Part shown: positions 7,677 through 16,082 of the stretch, in pieces | Position numbering within the stretch: the first letter of the stretch is position 1 | Layout of the letters: every line of letters starts with the position of its first letter | Assembly: GCA_035537875.1 (NCBI GenBank) | Contig: DATLLJ010000002.1 | Coordinates: 104,283-168,282 of the forward strand | From: Vicinamibacterales bacterium | GTDB taxonomy: Bacteria; Acidobacteriota; Vicinamibacteria; Vicinamibacterales; CAVVIG01 | Reading direction: 5' to 3' | DNA: 64,000 nt | The notes under the pieces: model-generated | The model's input: only the letters and a program-made list of their open reading frames with translations | What the model was told of the DNA's origin: nothing | Databases searched by the model: none | Program-made: the position numbers and the translations under genes

Positions 7677-10429
7677 ATGGCTTCTGATAAGATGCCAGCC
7701 GGCCGGAGGTCGTCCTCCACGACGATCGGCAGCCGATTCGCGCATTACGAGATCACGGCTCATCTCGGCTCTGGCGGCATGGGCGACGTCTGTCAGGCCC
7801 TCGACACGAAGCTGGGTCGTCTCGTGGCGATCAAGCTGCTGCCCGAGGCCTTTGCCCTCGATCCCGACCGTGTCGCGCGATTCGACCGCGAAGCGCGCGC
7901 GCTGGCGTCGCTCAATCATCCTCATATCGCGACGATCTACGGGCTGGAGGAATCAGCCGAGCAGCCGCGTGGCCGCAAGTTTCTCGTGATGGAGCTCGTC
8001 GTGGGGCCGACCCTTCACGACATGATCGCGGGCTCCGGGCAGGGCCTTCCCGCCCCAGAGGCGCTGCGCATCGCGCAGAAGATCGCCGAAGCGCTCGAGG
8101 CCGCGCACGAGAAAGGGATCGTGCACCGCGACCTGAAACCCGCGAACATCAGGGTCTCGGCCGATGGTCAGGTGAAGGTCCTCGACTTCGGCCTGGCGAA
8201 GGCGTTCTCCGGCGAGGCTGACGCGAACCTGTCGAACTCGCCGACGCTCAGCCTGGCGGCAACGCAGGCAGGCATCATCCTCGGCACCGCGGCCTACATG
8301 TCCCCCGAGCAGCCGAAGGGCGCGAAGGCGGACCACCGCAGCGACGTGTTCTCGTTCGGATGCGTGCTGTACGAGATGCTCACCGCACGACAGGCCTTCC
8401 AGGGCGAGACCACCTCGGACATCCTCGCGTCGGTGCTCGCCCGGGAGCCCGACTTAACCCGGCTCCCTCCGGATCTGAATTCGAGACTCCACGACCTCCT
8501 GCGTCGTTGTCTGGAGAAGCCACCCAGGCGCCGCTGGCAGGCCGTGGGCGACCTGCGGATGGAGCTCGAGGTCATCGCGCCGGAGCCGTACTGCAAGCCG
8601 GATGTCGCGCGGACCGCCGCGCCCCAGGCGCCCGGGCGGACGGCGCTTGCCTGGGTCTTGCGCGCGGCGACGGCACTGTTGGTCGTCGCCCTCGCGATAC
8701 CAGCGCTTCTCTACTTCCGGCGAGCCGACGCGGGCCGCGACGCCGTCCGGTTTCTCGTCGCCGTGCCGGACATGCCGAACCCGCTGCTGACAACGATCTC
8801 TCCCGACGGCCGGAAGGTGGCATTCGTCGCGGCCGGCGAGGGCGGCGCGCCGCAGTTATTCGTGCGACCGCTCGAGTCGGTCACGGCGGAGCGACTGGCC
8901 GGCACGGAGGGAGCCACGAACCCGTTCTGGTCGCCGGACAGCCGCTTCATTGCGTTTACCGCGGGTGACGTAGGCAGGGGTGGGACGCTCAAGTAAATCG
9001 AAGCGACGGGCGGTGCGCCTCAGACGATCGCGTCGTTGGAATCGTCCATCCCCTCACGCGTGACGAGTTTCGGCGCCGGCACCTGGAACGACGAGGGCGT
9101 GATCGTGTTCTCGAACAGAGGCCGCCTCCATCGGGTGTCGGCCGCCGGGGGCGCGCCCGTGGTGATCAGCGACTTGGACGAGTCGCTTGAAGAGACCGTG
9201 CACAACTGGCCCCATTTCCTGCCCGATGGGCGTCACTACCTGTACCTCGCCTGGAGCAACAGACCTGAACATCGAGCCATCTACGTCGGCGAGCTCGACG
9301 CTCCAGGACGGCAGCGCCTCGCCGCGTCTGAGTCGATGGCCGTCTTCTCGATGCCGGGCTATTTGCTCTTCCAGCGTCAGGGCGCGCTGTTCGCGCAAGC
9401 CTTCGATGCGACGGACTTGACTCTCCAGGGGGAGCCGATTCGCGTCGCGGAAGACGTGGCATTCGATCCGGGGAATGGTCAGGCAGCGTTCGCCGCCTCT
9501 CGGAACGGTGTGCTGACCCATCGCGGCGGCGGCGCATCGGGCACGTCAGTCAGTTCGTGTGGTTCGATCGAACCGGAAAGCGGCTGGGCGAGGCGGGGCG
9601 CCCTGACCTTTACGCCGCAGAGTTCGACTTGTCTCCGGATGGCCGGCAGATCGCTGCCCCCGTGCCCGACCCCACGGCATCGCGCCGCGATATCTGGGTC
9701 ATCGACTGGGTCCGCGACGTGAGGACCCGAGTCACGTCTGCCAGCTCCGCCGGGCGACCAGGCGGTCCGCTGTGGTCGCACGATGGGCTCCGGGTCGCTT
9801 TCAATCGTCAGACGGATCAGTCCGACGTAATGGAAAGAGCCGCGACCGGCGACGAGACGGTCGTTGTCGGTGGACCCGATAACGACATCGCCGAAGAGTG
9901 GTCCAAAGATAGCCGTTACATGGTGCTCTTCCATCGTCCGGTGTCGGAGAGCCAAGTCACGTGGCAGGCGCTTCCTCTCTTCGGCGACCGCAAACCGTTT
10001 TCGATTGACGTGACACCGAGGGTCTCAAACGATGAGCCGGAGTTCTCCTTCGATGGAAGGTGGCTGGCGTATAACTCCGAAGAGTCAGGCACGACGCAGG
10101 TCCACGTGATGTCCTTTCCAGCCGCCGACCAGAAACGTCAGCTCTCCATCGACGGCGGCGCCCAACCGCAGTGGAGGCGGGACGGACGGGAGCTTTACTA
10201 TGTGGACCTCGACGGGAACCTCATGGCCGTCGACATCGCGGCCGATTCCCGAATCGATTCCGGCAGGCCGCGCGCACTGTTCAGGACCGGGCTGAGTGTC
10301 CAAACATTCGCGAGACAGTACGCGGCGACCTCGGACGGCCAGCGGTTCCTCGTCCTGCTGCCCGTCGCCGAGGCGACGCCGACGCCGATTACCGTGGTCG
10401 TCAACTGGATGGCCGCAATCGGACGATAG
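7677..10429 (+). pseudogene. Ser/Thr protein kinase fused to a TolB-like beta-propeller, disrupted by an in-frame TAA and a frameshift
   Basis: Three consecutive ORFs (7677..8996, 9036..9722, 9557..10429) read as one protein. The kinase domain is present (GSGGMGDV...AIK...HRDLKPANI...DFGLAK...YMSPEQ), followed by a TM helix and WD40-like/TolB repeats (PFWSPDSRFIAF, FLPDGRHYLY, LSPDGRQIA, FSFDGRWLAYNSEESG). The TAA at 8994-8996 is in frame with 9036. The frame changes near 9545-9553 (..GVLTHRGGGASGT / SQFVWFDRTGK..). Confidence 0.75.
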
Positions 10430-10515
10430 GAAGATTGGGTCTCAGGCCTCTTGCGGTGAGCATAACGCGCGTCCCTACAGAGTGGACGGGAGCCGGCCCG
10501 TAGTACGATGGCGAG

Positions 10516-10974
10516 GTGAGCGAGATCGTTTATCTTGACATCTGCTGCTTCAAGCGGCCGTTCGATGACGCATCTGTCGAGCGGGTGCACAGAGAGGCCG
10601 AGGCGGTGGCTGCCATTCTGGATGCGGCGCAGGCGGGCGCCGTTCAGCTGGTGCATTCGCCCGCTCACGACTTCGAGAACGAGCGAAACCCCCGTGAAGA
10701 TCGCCGCCTGGCAACGCGTTTGTGGTTGAGCGCGGCGATGAAACGTGTCTCGTCGAGCGCCGCGGTGGCCGCACGGGCTCGCGAGCTTGTTGGCGTCGGT
10801 TTCGCGCCTCTCGCTGCACTGCACCTGGCCTTCGCCGAGCACGCGGCGGCACGCTGGTTCGTCACGACGGACGACCGGCTCCAGAAGCGAGCGGTGACCG
10901 AGCGCCAGAGGTTACGAGTCGAGGTGCTCAGGCCCGATCAGCTTCCACTCGAGACGGGAGGGGACGCCGCATGA
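10516..10974 (+). CDS. PIN-domain protein (toxin-like)
   Basis: 152 aa starting at GTG. The motifs YLDICCFKRPFDD...REAEA...FVTTDDRLQKRA give PIN-like acidic residues at the expected positions. Confidence 0.65.
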   Translation: MSEIVYLDICCFKRPFDDASVERVHREAEAVAAILDAAQAGAVQLVHSPAHDFENERNPREDRRLATRLWLSAAMKRVSSSAAVAARARELVGVGFAPLAALHLAFAEHAAARWFVTTDDRLQKRAVTERQRLRVEVLRPDQLPLETGGDAA

Positions 10975-11192
10975 GCACGCCAGCCCGGATGTCGCTGTAT
11001 CAGATCCGGATGGAAGGATGGAAAGCGCTCACCGAGCGGCTCGGACCAGCGGGCGCGATGCGCTTCATGATGCAGTACGATCCCGGTCATGGGGATTACG
11101 CCAAGGAGCGGTACGCCATCTTCGCTGACCTGACCATCGACGACCTCCTTGGTTTCATTGAGAGAACCAGCACCGGCACCCCCGATCGGTGA
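10971..11192 (+). CDS. Small partner protein of the PIN gene (putative antitoxin)
   Basis: The ATG at 10971 overlaps the PIN stop (ATGA). The 73-aa product is MSTPARMSLYQIRMEGWKALTERLGPAGAMRFMMQYDPGHGDYAKERYAIFADLTIDDLLGFIERTSTGTPDR. The track shows it only as the tail of a longer ORF (10722..11192). Confidence 0.55.
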   Translation: MSTPARMSLYQIRMEGWKALTERLGPAGAMRFMMQYDPGHGDYAKERYAIFADLTIDDLLGFIERTSTGTPDR

Positions 11193-11244
11193 ATCGTCCG
11201 CCATGACCGTTCGCGGCGTTCCCTGGTGACCCCGCTGAAGTCGT

Positions 11245-11536
11245 CTACGCTGGCATTTTCATCTGCTGCAATACCGTGCGACCAAGCAGGCCATACGAAT
11301 TTCCCAGGCGCTCCTGAACCTCGAAATGGTTGCAGCCTTCCAGCACGATGAAGGTCACGGGCGTGCCCGCGGCCTTGAGCACGGCAGCGAATTCCCGGTT
11401 CTGCAGGCATGTGCGTCTGCATCTACTGAGCGAACGCCGGCGCGCCGACAAGGACCGCCGCAGCCGCCGCCACCGGGCCACTGAGCAATGCGCGCCGTGT
11501 GATGCGCCCGTCGCGAATCCCTTCGAGTCGCTTCAA
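11245..11536 (-). pseudogene. Remnant of an exported alpha/beta hydrolase (Tat signal plus C-terminal ~50 aa only)
   Basis: A TTG-initiated frame gives MKRLEGIRDGRITRRALLSGPVAAAAAVLVGAPAFAQ followed by a stop. Immediately downstream, in another frame, is EFAAVLKAAGTPVTFIVLEGCNHFEVQERLGNSYGLLGRTVLQQMKM. This is the typical C-terminus (catalytic-His region) of an esterase/dienelactone-hydrolase-type protein. The catalytic core is absent. Confidence 0.5.
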
Positions 11537-11580
11537 GGCTGCCTCCCTCGATTGATTCGTGTCGCCCCAACGGGCGGCGC

Positions 11581-11964
11581 TCAGCCGCGGGCCGCGCGAG
11601 AGGCCTTCCGCGACTCGAGCTTGCGCCTCCGACGCCTCGTCGGCTGCAGCGCCCCGTGAGACCGCGCTCCGGAGGAACCCAATCCCCGCCATTCCCGGGC
11701 AACTCGATCGGCCAAGAAGACCTTCAGGAGCGATTGATATGGCACGTCCTGCCGGTTGGCGAGTGCCTTGAGATCGGCGAGGAGGCCAGCTGGCAGGCGG
11801 ACCGAGATCGTCTCCGTTGATGGCTTGAGATTCGGAAATCGCACAGGCCGGGCCGACGACCAATCGACGTAGTCCGCGGAATCGTGCGTCTCCCAGAAAC
11901 GGCGTTCTTCCGCCTCACTTCTGAATGTCGGAATTGGCCTGGGCCTGTGCTTCGACTTGGCCAT
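11581..11964 (-). CDS. brnA: BrnA-family antitoxin (CopG-like)
   Basis: 127 aa. The segment FRSEAEERRFWETHDSADYVDWSSARPVRFPNLKPSTETISVRLPAGLLADLKALANRQDVPYQSLLKVFLADRV matches the BrnA pattern. An Arg-rich tail of about 35 aa beyond the usual end is of doubtful significance. Confidence 0.7.
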   Translation of the reverse strand: MAKSKHRPRPIPTFRSEAEERRFWETHDSADYVDWSSARPVRFPNLKPSTETISVRLPAGLLADLKALANRQDVPYQSLLKVFLADRVAREWRGLGSSGARSHGALQPTRRRRRKLESRKASRAARG

Positions 11965-12003
11965 AGATCCTGCGCTCCGCCTTGCTCATCGTATCCCTGA
12001 AGT

Positions 12004-12507
12004 CTATGCGCCACGGGTTCGATAGAAGGCGATCATGTCGAGGCTCTTGGGTGGCGCCGCTCCCAGCTGCCTCAACATCGTCACGATCTGCCCTCGATGG
12101 TAGGACGCGTGGTTGACGACGTGCTGCGCCATCTGCCAGAACGGGGATGCGCCGGCCGTCCCGTTGAGCAGCGTGTACTGCAAGACGCGATCGACGCCGC
12201 TCTCGTCGAGACCAGCCACATACGCCCGCATCTTGCCCTCGTGCTCGACCCAGGCGCGTCGAAGGCTCGCCAGATCAGGAAACAGGTCCGCCGACAGCAA
12301 CGCTGTCGGCGAGTGACCCATCCACCGCGAATGCCACGCCCACTCGGCCGCGTAGATGTGCGCCAGCGTGTCGCGAACCGAACGGAAGCTGCTGCCGAGA
12401 TCGCGCGTGAACTGCTCGGGCGTCAGAGCCTCGACCGCCTCCAGCAACCGGTCTCTTGCCCAGTAGTGGTAGTCGAACAGCAGCTCGAGATCGCGATGGT
12501 CAGGCAT
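12004..12507 (-). CDS. DinB (damage-inducible) family protein
   Basis: 167 aa. Family features are YHYWARDRLLEAV...TLAHIYAAEWAWHSRW...HVVNHASYHRGQI. Confidence 0.85.
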   Translation of the reverse strand: MPDHRDLELLFDYHYWARDRLLEAVEALTPEQFTRDLGSSFRSVRDTLAHIYAAEWAWHSRWMGHSPTALLSADLFPDLASLRRAWVEHEGKMRAYVAGLDESGVDRVLQYTLLNGTAGASPFWQMAQHVVNHASYHRGQIVTMLRQLGAAPPKSLDMIAFYRTRGA

Positions 12508-12510
12508 GGT

Positions 12511-12942
12511 TCATGGCCAGCGCGCCAGCATCTGACGCAGCTCGTCGCGGTGATTGGTTTCGTCGGCAATCAGCGTATCGAACTCCGCGGCCAGGCCCGG
12601 CTCGCCGGCAGCCTCCGCCTGCTTCCGTCGCACCACGTAGCGGTCGATGGTTTCGAGCTCCGCCTTGAGCGCCGCCTGAAGCATCGCCTTGGCTTCTGCC
12701 ACCACTGGCACGGGCGCGGGATTCGACGCGGGGGTGCCGCCGAGGGCCGCAATCTTGTCGGCGAGGATCTGGGCGTGAGTCAGCTCCTCCGGAATCTCGT
12801 TGGCAAAGAACGTTCGGAGCTCTTGACGATAGGGGCCTTGCACCATGCTCGCATAGATGCGGTACATGATGACGGCTTGAAACTCTCCCTTCAGATCTTC
12901 GTTGAGCCCTTCGATCAGCTGTTGCTTCGGGTCGTCGGCCAC
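12511..12942 (-). CDS. Ferritin-like domain protein
   Basis: 143 aa. The motifs LKGEFQAVIMYRIYA...EELTHAQILADKI...ELETIDRY...ADETNHRDEL give the paired E..H di-iron pattern of the ferritin-like superfamily. It lies 4 nt upstream of the DinB gene. Confidence 0.75.
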   Translation of the reverse strand: MADDPKQQLIEGLNEDLKGEFQAVIMYRIYASMVQGPYRQELRTFFANEIPEELTHAQILADKIAALGGTPASNPAPVPVVAEAKAMLQAALKAELETIDRYVVRRKQAEAAGEPGLAAEFDTLIADETNHRDELRQMLARWP

Positions 12943-13258
12943 GGCATCTCCCTTCCCCTGGCTGATTCAAAGGTGGGATGTTAACAGATCAGCAATCGGG
13001 AGAGCGCCGGCGCGCGGAGCGTGAAAACGCGTGCAAGCAATTTCACGCTGACGCCTTCGTGCGCTTGTCGTGAAGCCACCACGGGAATCACGACGCTCGA
13101 ACAGTGTGCAAGCGGGTCAGCCGGGCGCCACATACTGCACAGTTCTTCCCGTTTACACACAGCCCGCGTCCCTTCGCCTCGTTCGAACCACATGCTACTA
13201 TTGAACTCCCCCTTCAATCCGGCACAGCCCGCGCGCGATTGCGCGAGACGCTCGTTCC

Positions 13259-14221
13259 ATGGATAGACCGGGATACGGTATGCGACGCAGGAGATCTGGT
13301 CGAGTTGCCTTTGTGTTGGCGATCGTGGGCATCGCCGGGCTGGCGCTGCGCGTTGAATCGGTGGCACTCGACGCGCAGGAAGTATTCCGCAGCGCGGTCG
13401 ACCTGGTGACGATTCAGGCGTCGGTGCGTGACGAGAAGGGCCGTGTCATCCGCGGGCTGACCTCGGCTGACTTCGAGGTACGCGACAACGGCCAGCTGCA
13501 GCCGGTTCTCGAGCTTCGCGCGGATCTCCAGTCCCCCGTCACGATTGCCATCCTCGTCGATATGAGCGGCAGCATGAAGGTGGGCACGAAGATCGCCATG
13601 GCGCGACAGGTCTTCCAGTCGATGCTCAGGCAGCTCCGGGACAACGTGGATGCCGTGGCGCTGTATGCGTTCGACTCGTCGCTGCACGAGCGCGTCGGGT
13701 TCACCACCGATATGAGCCGTCTGGACGGCGCACTCGCGGACTTCGACCCCTTCGGCTCGACGTCTCTGTACGATGCGGCCGCCGCAACCGCGCGGGAGCT
13801 CGCCGTACGCCCCGCCAGCCATCGGGCGATCGTCATCCTGACAGACGGCGTCGACACCAGCAGCCAGCTTTCAGCGACCGAAGTGTCGGGCCTGGCGAGC
13901 TCCATCGACGTCCCCGTCTATGTCGTCGCCACCGTGCCGGCCTTGGATCACCGGCAGATGCTCGAGACCGCCGAGCGGACGCCGCTCGCGTCCGACGGCG
14001 CCGATCTGCGCGATCTCGCGACCTGGACAGGCGGACAACTCGTTTTCGCTACGACACTTAGCGAGACTGTCTTCGCAGCCTCGAGCATCCTCGACGAGCT
14101 CCGGCAGCAATATGTGCTGGCCATCGAAGCGGCCAACGTCCGCGAATGGCGAAGGCTCGATGTCCGTGTGAAGAACTCCTCGGCAAAGGTCAAGGCCCGA
14201 AGCGGCTATTTTGGCGGGTAG
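13259..14221 (+). CDS. VWA-domain protein (acidobacterial VWFA-related type, TIGR03436-like)
   Basis: 320 aa with an N-terminal TM/signal region. The motifs FRSAVDLVTIQASVRDEKGRVIRGLTSADFEVRDNG, ILVDMSGSM and ILTDGVDTSS match the VWA MIDAS pattern and the TIGR03436 layout as I remember it. Confidence 0.75.
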   Translation: MDRPGYGMRRRRSGRVAFVLAIVGIAGLALRVESVALDAQEVFRSAVDLVTIQASVRDEKGRVIRGLTSADFEVRDNGQLQPVLELRADLQSPVTIAILVDMSGSMKVGTKIAMARQVFQSMLRQLRDNVDAVALYAFDSSLHERVGFTTDMSRLDGALADFDPFGSTSLYDAAAATARELAVRPASHRAIVILTDGVDTSSQLSATEVSGLASSIDVPVYVVATVPALDHRQMLETAERTPLASDGADLRDLATWTGGQLVFATTLSETVFAASSILDELRQQYVLAIEAANVREWRRLDVRVKNSSAKVKARSGYFGG

Positions 14222-14277
14222 GTAACTCCGCTGGATCCGCCTCGGCGCATCAGTTATAAGATCCCAAGAGGGTCATT

Positions 14278-14679
14278 ATGCGGGGGGTTCCCTTTGCCGT
14301 CGGCGCCGCCATCCTGGGTGCGGTTTGCCTCGCCTCGCTGACGCCGGGCACCGTCGTTTACGCGCACCATTCGATCGCCGGCATCTACGACGACAGTCAT
14401 CCGGTCACGGTCGAGGGCGTCGTGACCCGTTTCAGGTTCGTCGACCCGCACCCTTTCCTCGTGATGGAAGTCAAGGACGGCCACGGCAAACCACAGCGGT
14501 GGACGATGGAGATGGACAACCGCTGGGAACTTGCGGAGCTCGGATTCCGGACCGAGACGCTCAAGCCTGGCGATCGGCTCGTGGTGCTCGGAAGCCTCGC
14601 TCGCCGGCAGCCACACAGCCTCTATATCCGGAAGCTCGATCGTCCGGCCGACGGGTTCACTTACCAGCACCACCCGTAA
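14278..14679 (+). CDS. DUF6152-like secreted protein
   Basis: 133 aa. The signal peptide is followed by AHHSIAGIYD...VEGVVTRFRFVDPHPF.... Confidence 0.55.
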   Translation: MRGVPFAVGAAILGAVCLASLTPGTVVYAHHSIAGIYDDSHPVTVEGVVTRFRFVDPHPFLVMEVKDGHGKPQRWTMEMDNRWELAELGFRTETLKPGDRLVVLGSLARRQPHSLYIRKLDRPADGFTYQHHP

Positions 14680-14709
14680 GCACCGCACCCACCTCGCGCG
14701 TTCCGCCTC

Positions 14710-15483
14710 TCAACGCGGCAGCCTGGATTTCCAGTAGTCCCACGAGCGCTCGTAGTCCTGCGGTGAATTCTTCGCCTGATCGGCATCGAGGTACCGGACG
14801 TTCCCAGCGCCGAGCTGCATCGCCTGCCACTGGAGCCTGGCGTTCATGTTGAGATAGTACGACTTGCCCACGACAAGGTGCAGCGATGTGGCGGCAATTG
14901 CTGCCCCGTGTCCCTGCATGAGAACCGCGGAGGCACTCCCGAGGGTCTGCGCCAGAGCGCGACCCAGGTCGTTGCTCCGCACCAGCATGTCTGTTCCACC
15001 AGCCTTTTTGATATCCCATACCGGCACGCCCTCGCCGATGAAGTAACCCATGTGGTACATAGGGCGCATCGGCACTGACACGGCGCCAAACGGAATGACT
15101 TCCGGACAGTGGCAGTGCACGACCGCCATGACGTCGGGCCGCGCGCGATAGATCGCGCCGTGGATGAAGCGCTCAATGTACCCGGCGGCTGCACTCTTGG
15201 TGACCGGCTCACTGTCGAGGTCGTACTCCGTGATGTCAGCGGCCGTCACGAGGCCGGGGGCTCCGGCACGCGCCAGCAGGTAGCGGGTGGCATCAGCCGG
15301 ATTCCTGACGCTCACATGTCCGTACCCGTCCAGGACACCCTCGTTCGCGAGAATGCGGTTCGCCAACACGAGCTCGTCGATGAGAGTCTGGCGGCTCGGC
15401 GCGGGTGGCGCCTGAGCCAGAACTGGCGCGGCAAGGGCGAGCACGGCGGCCGAAAAGAGCCGGGCGGTGGGGAATTTCCTCAT
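14710..15483 (-). CDS. Class II aldolase/adducin-family protein with signal peptide
   Basis: ORF 14710..15492. The preferred start is ATG at 15483 (MRKFPTARLFSAAVLALAAPVLAQA). Family features are GVLDGYGHVSVR...IHGAIYRARPDVMAVVHCH. Confidence 0.8.
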   Translation of the reverse strand: MRKFPTARLFSAAVLALAAPVLAQAPPAPSRQTLIDELVLANRILANEGVLDGYGHVSVRNPADATRYLLARAGAPGLVTAADITEYDLDSEPVTKSAAAGYIERFIHGAIYRARPDVMAVVHCHCPEVIPFGAVSVPMRPMYHMGYFIGEGVPVWDIKKAGGTDMLVRSNDLGRALAQTLGSASAVLMQGHGAAIAATSLHLVVGKSYYLNMNARLQWQAMQLGAGNVRYLDADQAKNSPQDYERSWDYWKSRLPR

Positions 15484-15488
15484 GGCTG

Positions 15489-16082
15489 TCACCTCGATGT
15501 GGGTCGTTCATCGACAATCGAATATTCCATGTAGTTCGAACGCGGAGATTCTGGCTCATCTGCGGGCCTCTCGGCATCTCGAAATCCCAGATTCGAGTAA
15601 AGCGCGATGGCCGGCCTGTTTTCCTGATCCACGTTGAGGCTCACGCGCTCGTACCAATCGCGTCGCGCCCTGGCGATGAGGCCGTTGACCAGCGCCGCGC
15701 CGTACCCGCTGCGGCGACGATCGGGCGCCACGATGATGCGAGCCAGATGCACCCGGCTCGCCCCGCGGGTCACCAGCTGGCCAAACGCGACGAGCTCGTC
15801 GTGGTCGGCCAGTGAAAAGGCGTTCGACTCTGAGAACCCGATCGTGCCGGGCAATGTTGTGCGGTCAAGGGGGAACCGTACGCGCCAGCCCGCCCACAAC
15901 TCGCACTCTCTGGCTGAGGCGATCCAGGAAGCCACGATGTCGAGGTCCGACAGCGTCGCCGGGCGCAGCGTTCCTCGTGAGTCAACCAATGACCACCGCC
16001 TCGAGCCTACGGGATTGGCCCGATCATGCAGCGCCTTGTCACTGTCGCAGCCGTACGCCCGCGAGTCGCGCGACAGCCGCAA
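15489..16082 (-). CDS. GNAT-family N-acetyltransferase
   Basis: The motif ARIIVAPDRRRSGYGAALVNGLIARAR...ALYSNLGFR is the acetyl-CoA binding motif. The longest ORF overlaps the upstream M28 gene by 44 nt. An in-frame TTG at 15989 is an alternative start. Confidence 0.75.
   Translation of the reverse strand: MRLSRDSRAYGCDSDKALHDRANPVGSRRWSLVDSRGTLRPATLSDLDIVASWIASARECELWAGWRVRFPLDRTTLPGTIGFSESNAFSLADHDELVAFGQLVTRGASRVHLARIIVAPDRRRSGYGAALVNGLIARARRDWYERVSLNVDQENRPAIALYSNLGFRDAERPADEPESPRSNYMEYSIVDERPTSR

Noticed and set aside
8994-8996. The in-frame TAA in the kinase-propeller gene as programmed recoding.
   Set aside because: TAA is not a known Sec or Pyl codon, and I saw no recoding signal. 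The same gene also carries a frameshift, so a pseudogene or sequencing errors explain it more simply.
12981-13409. Three ORFs in the ferritin/VWA divergent intergenic region (128 aa, 81 aa and 101 aa).
   Set aside because: They overlap one another, have poor composition, and span a region that looks like a promoter spacer.
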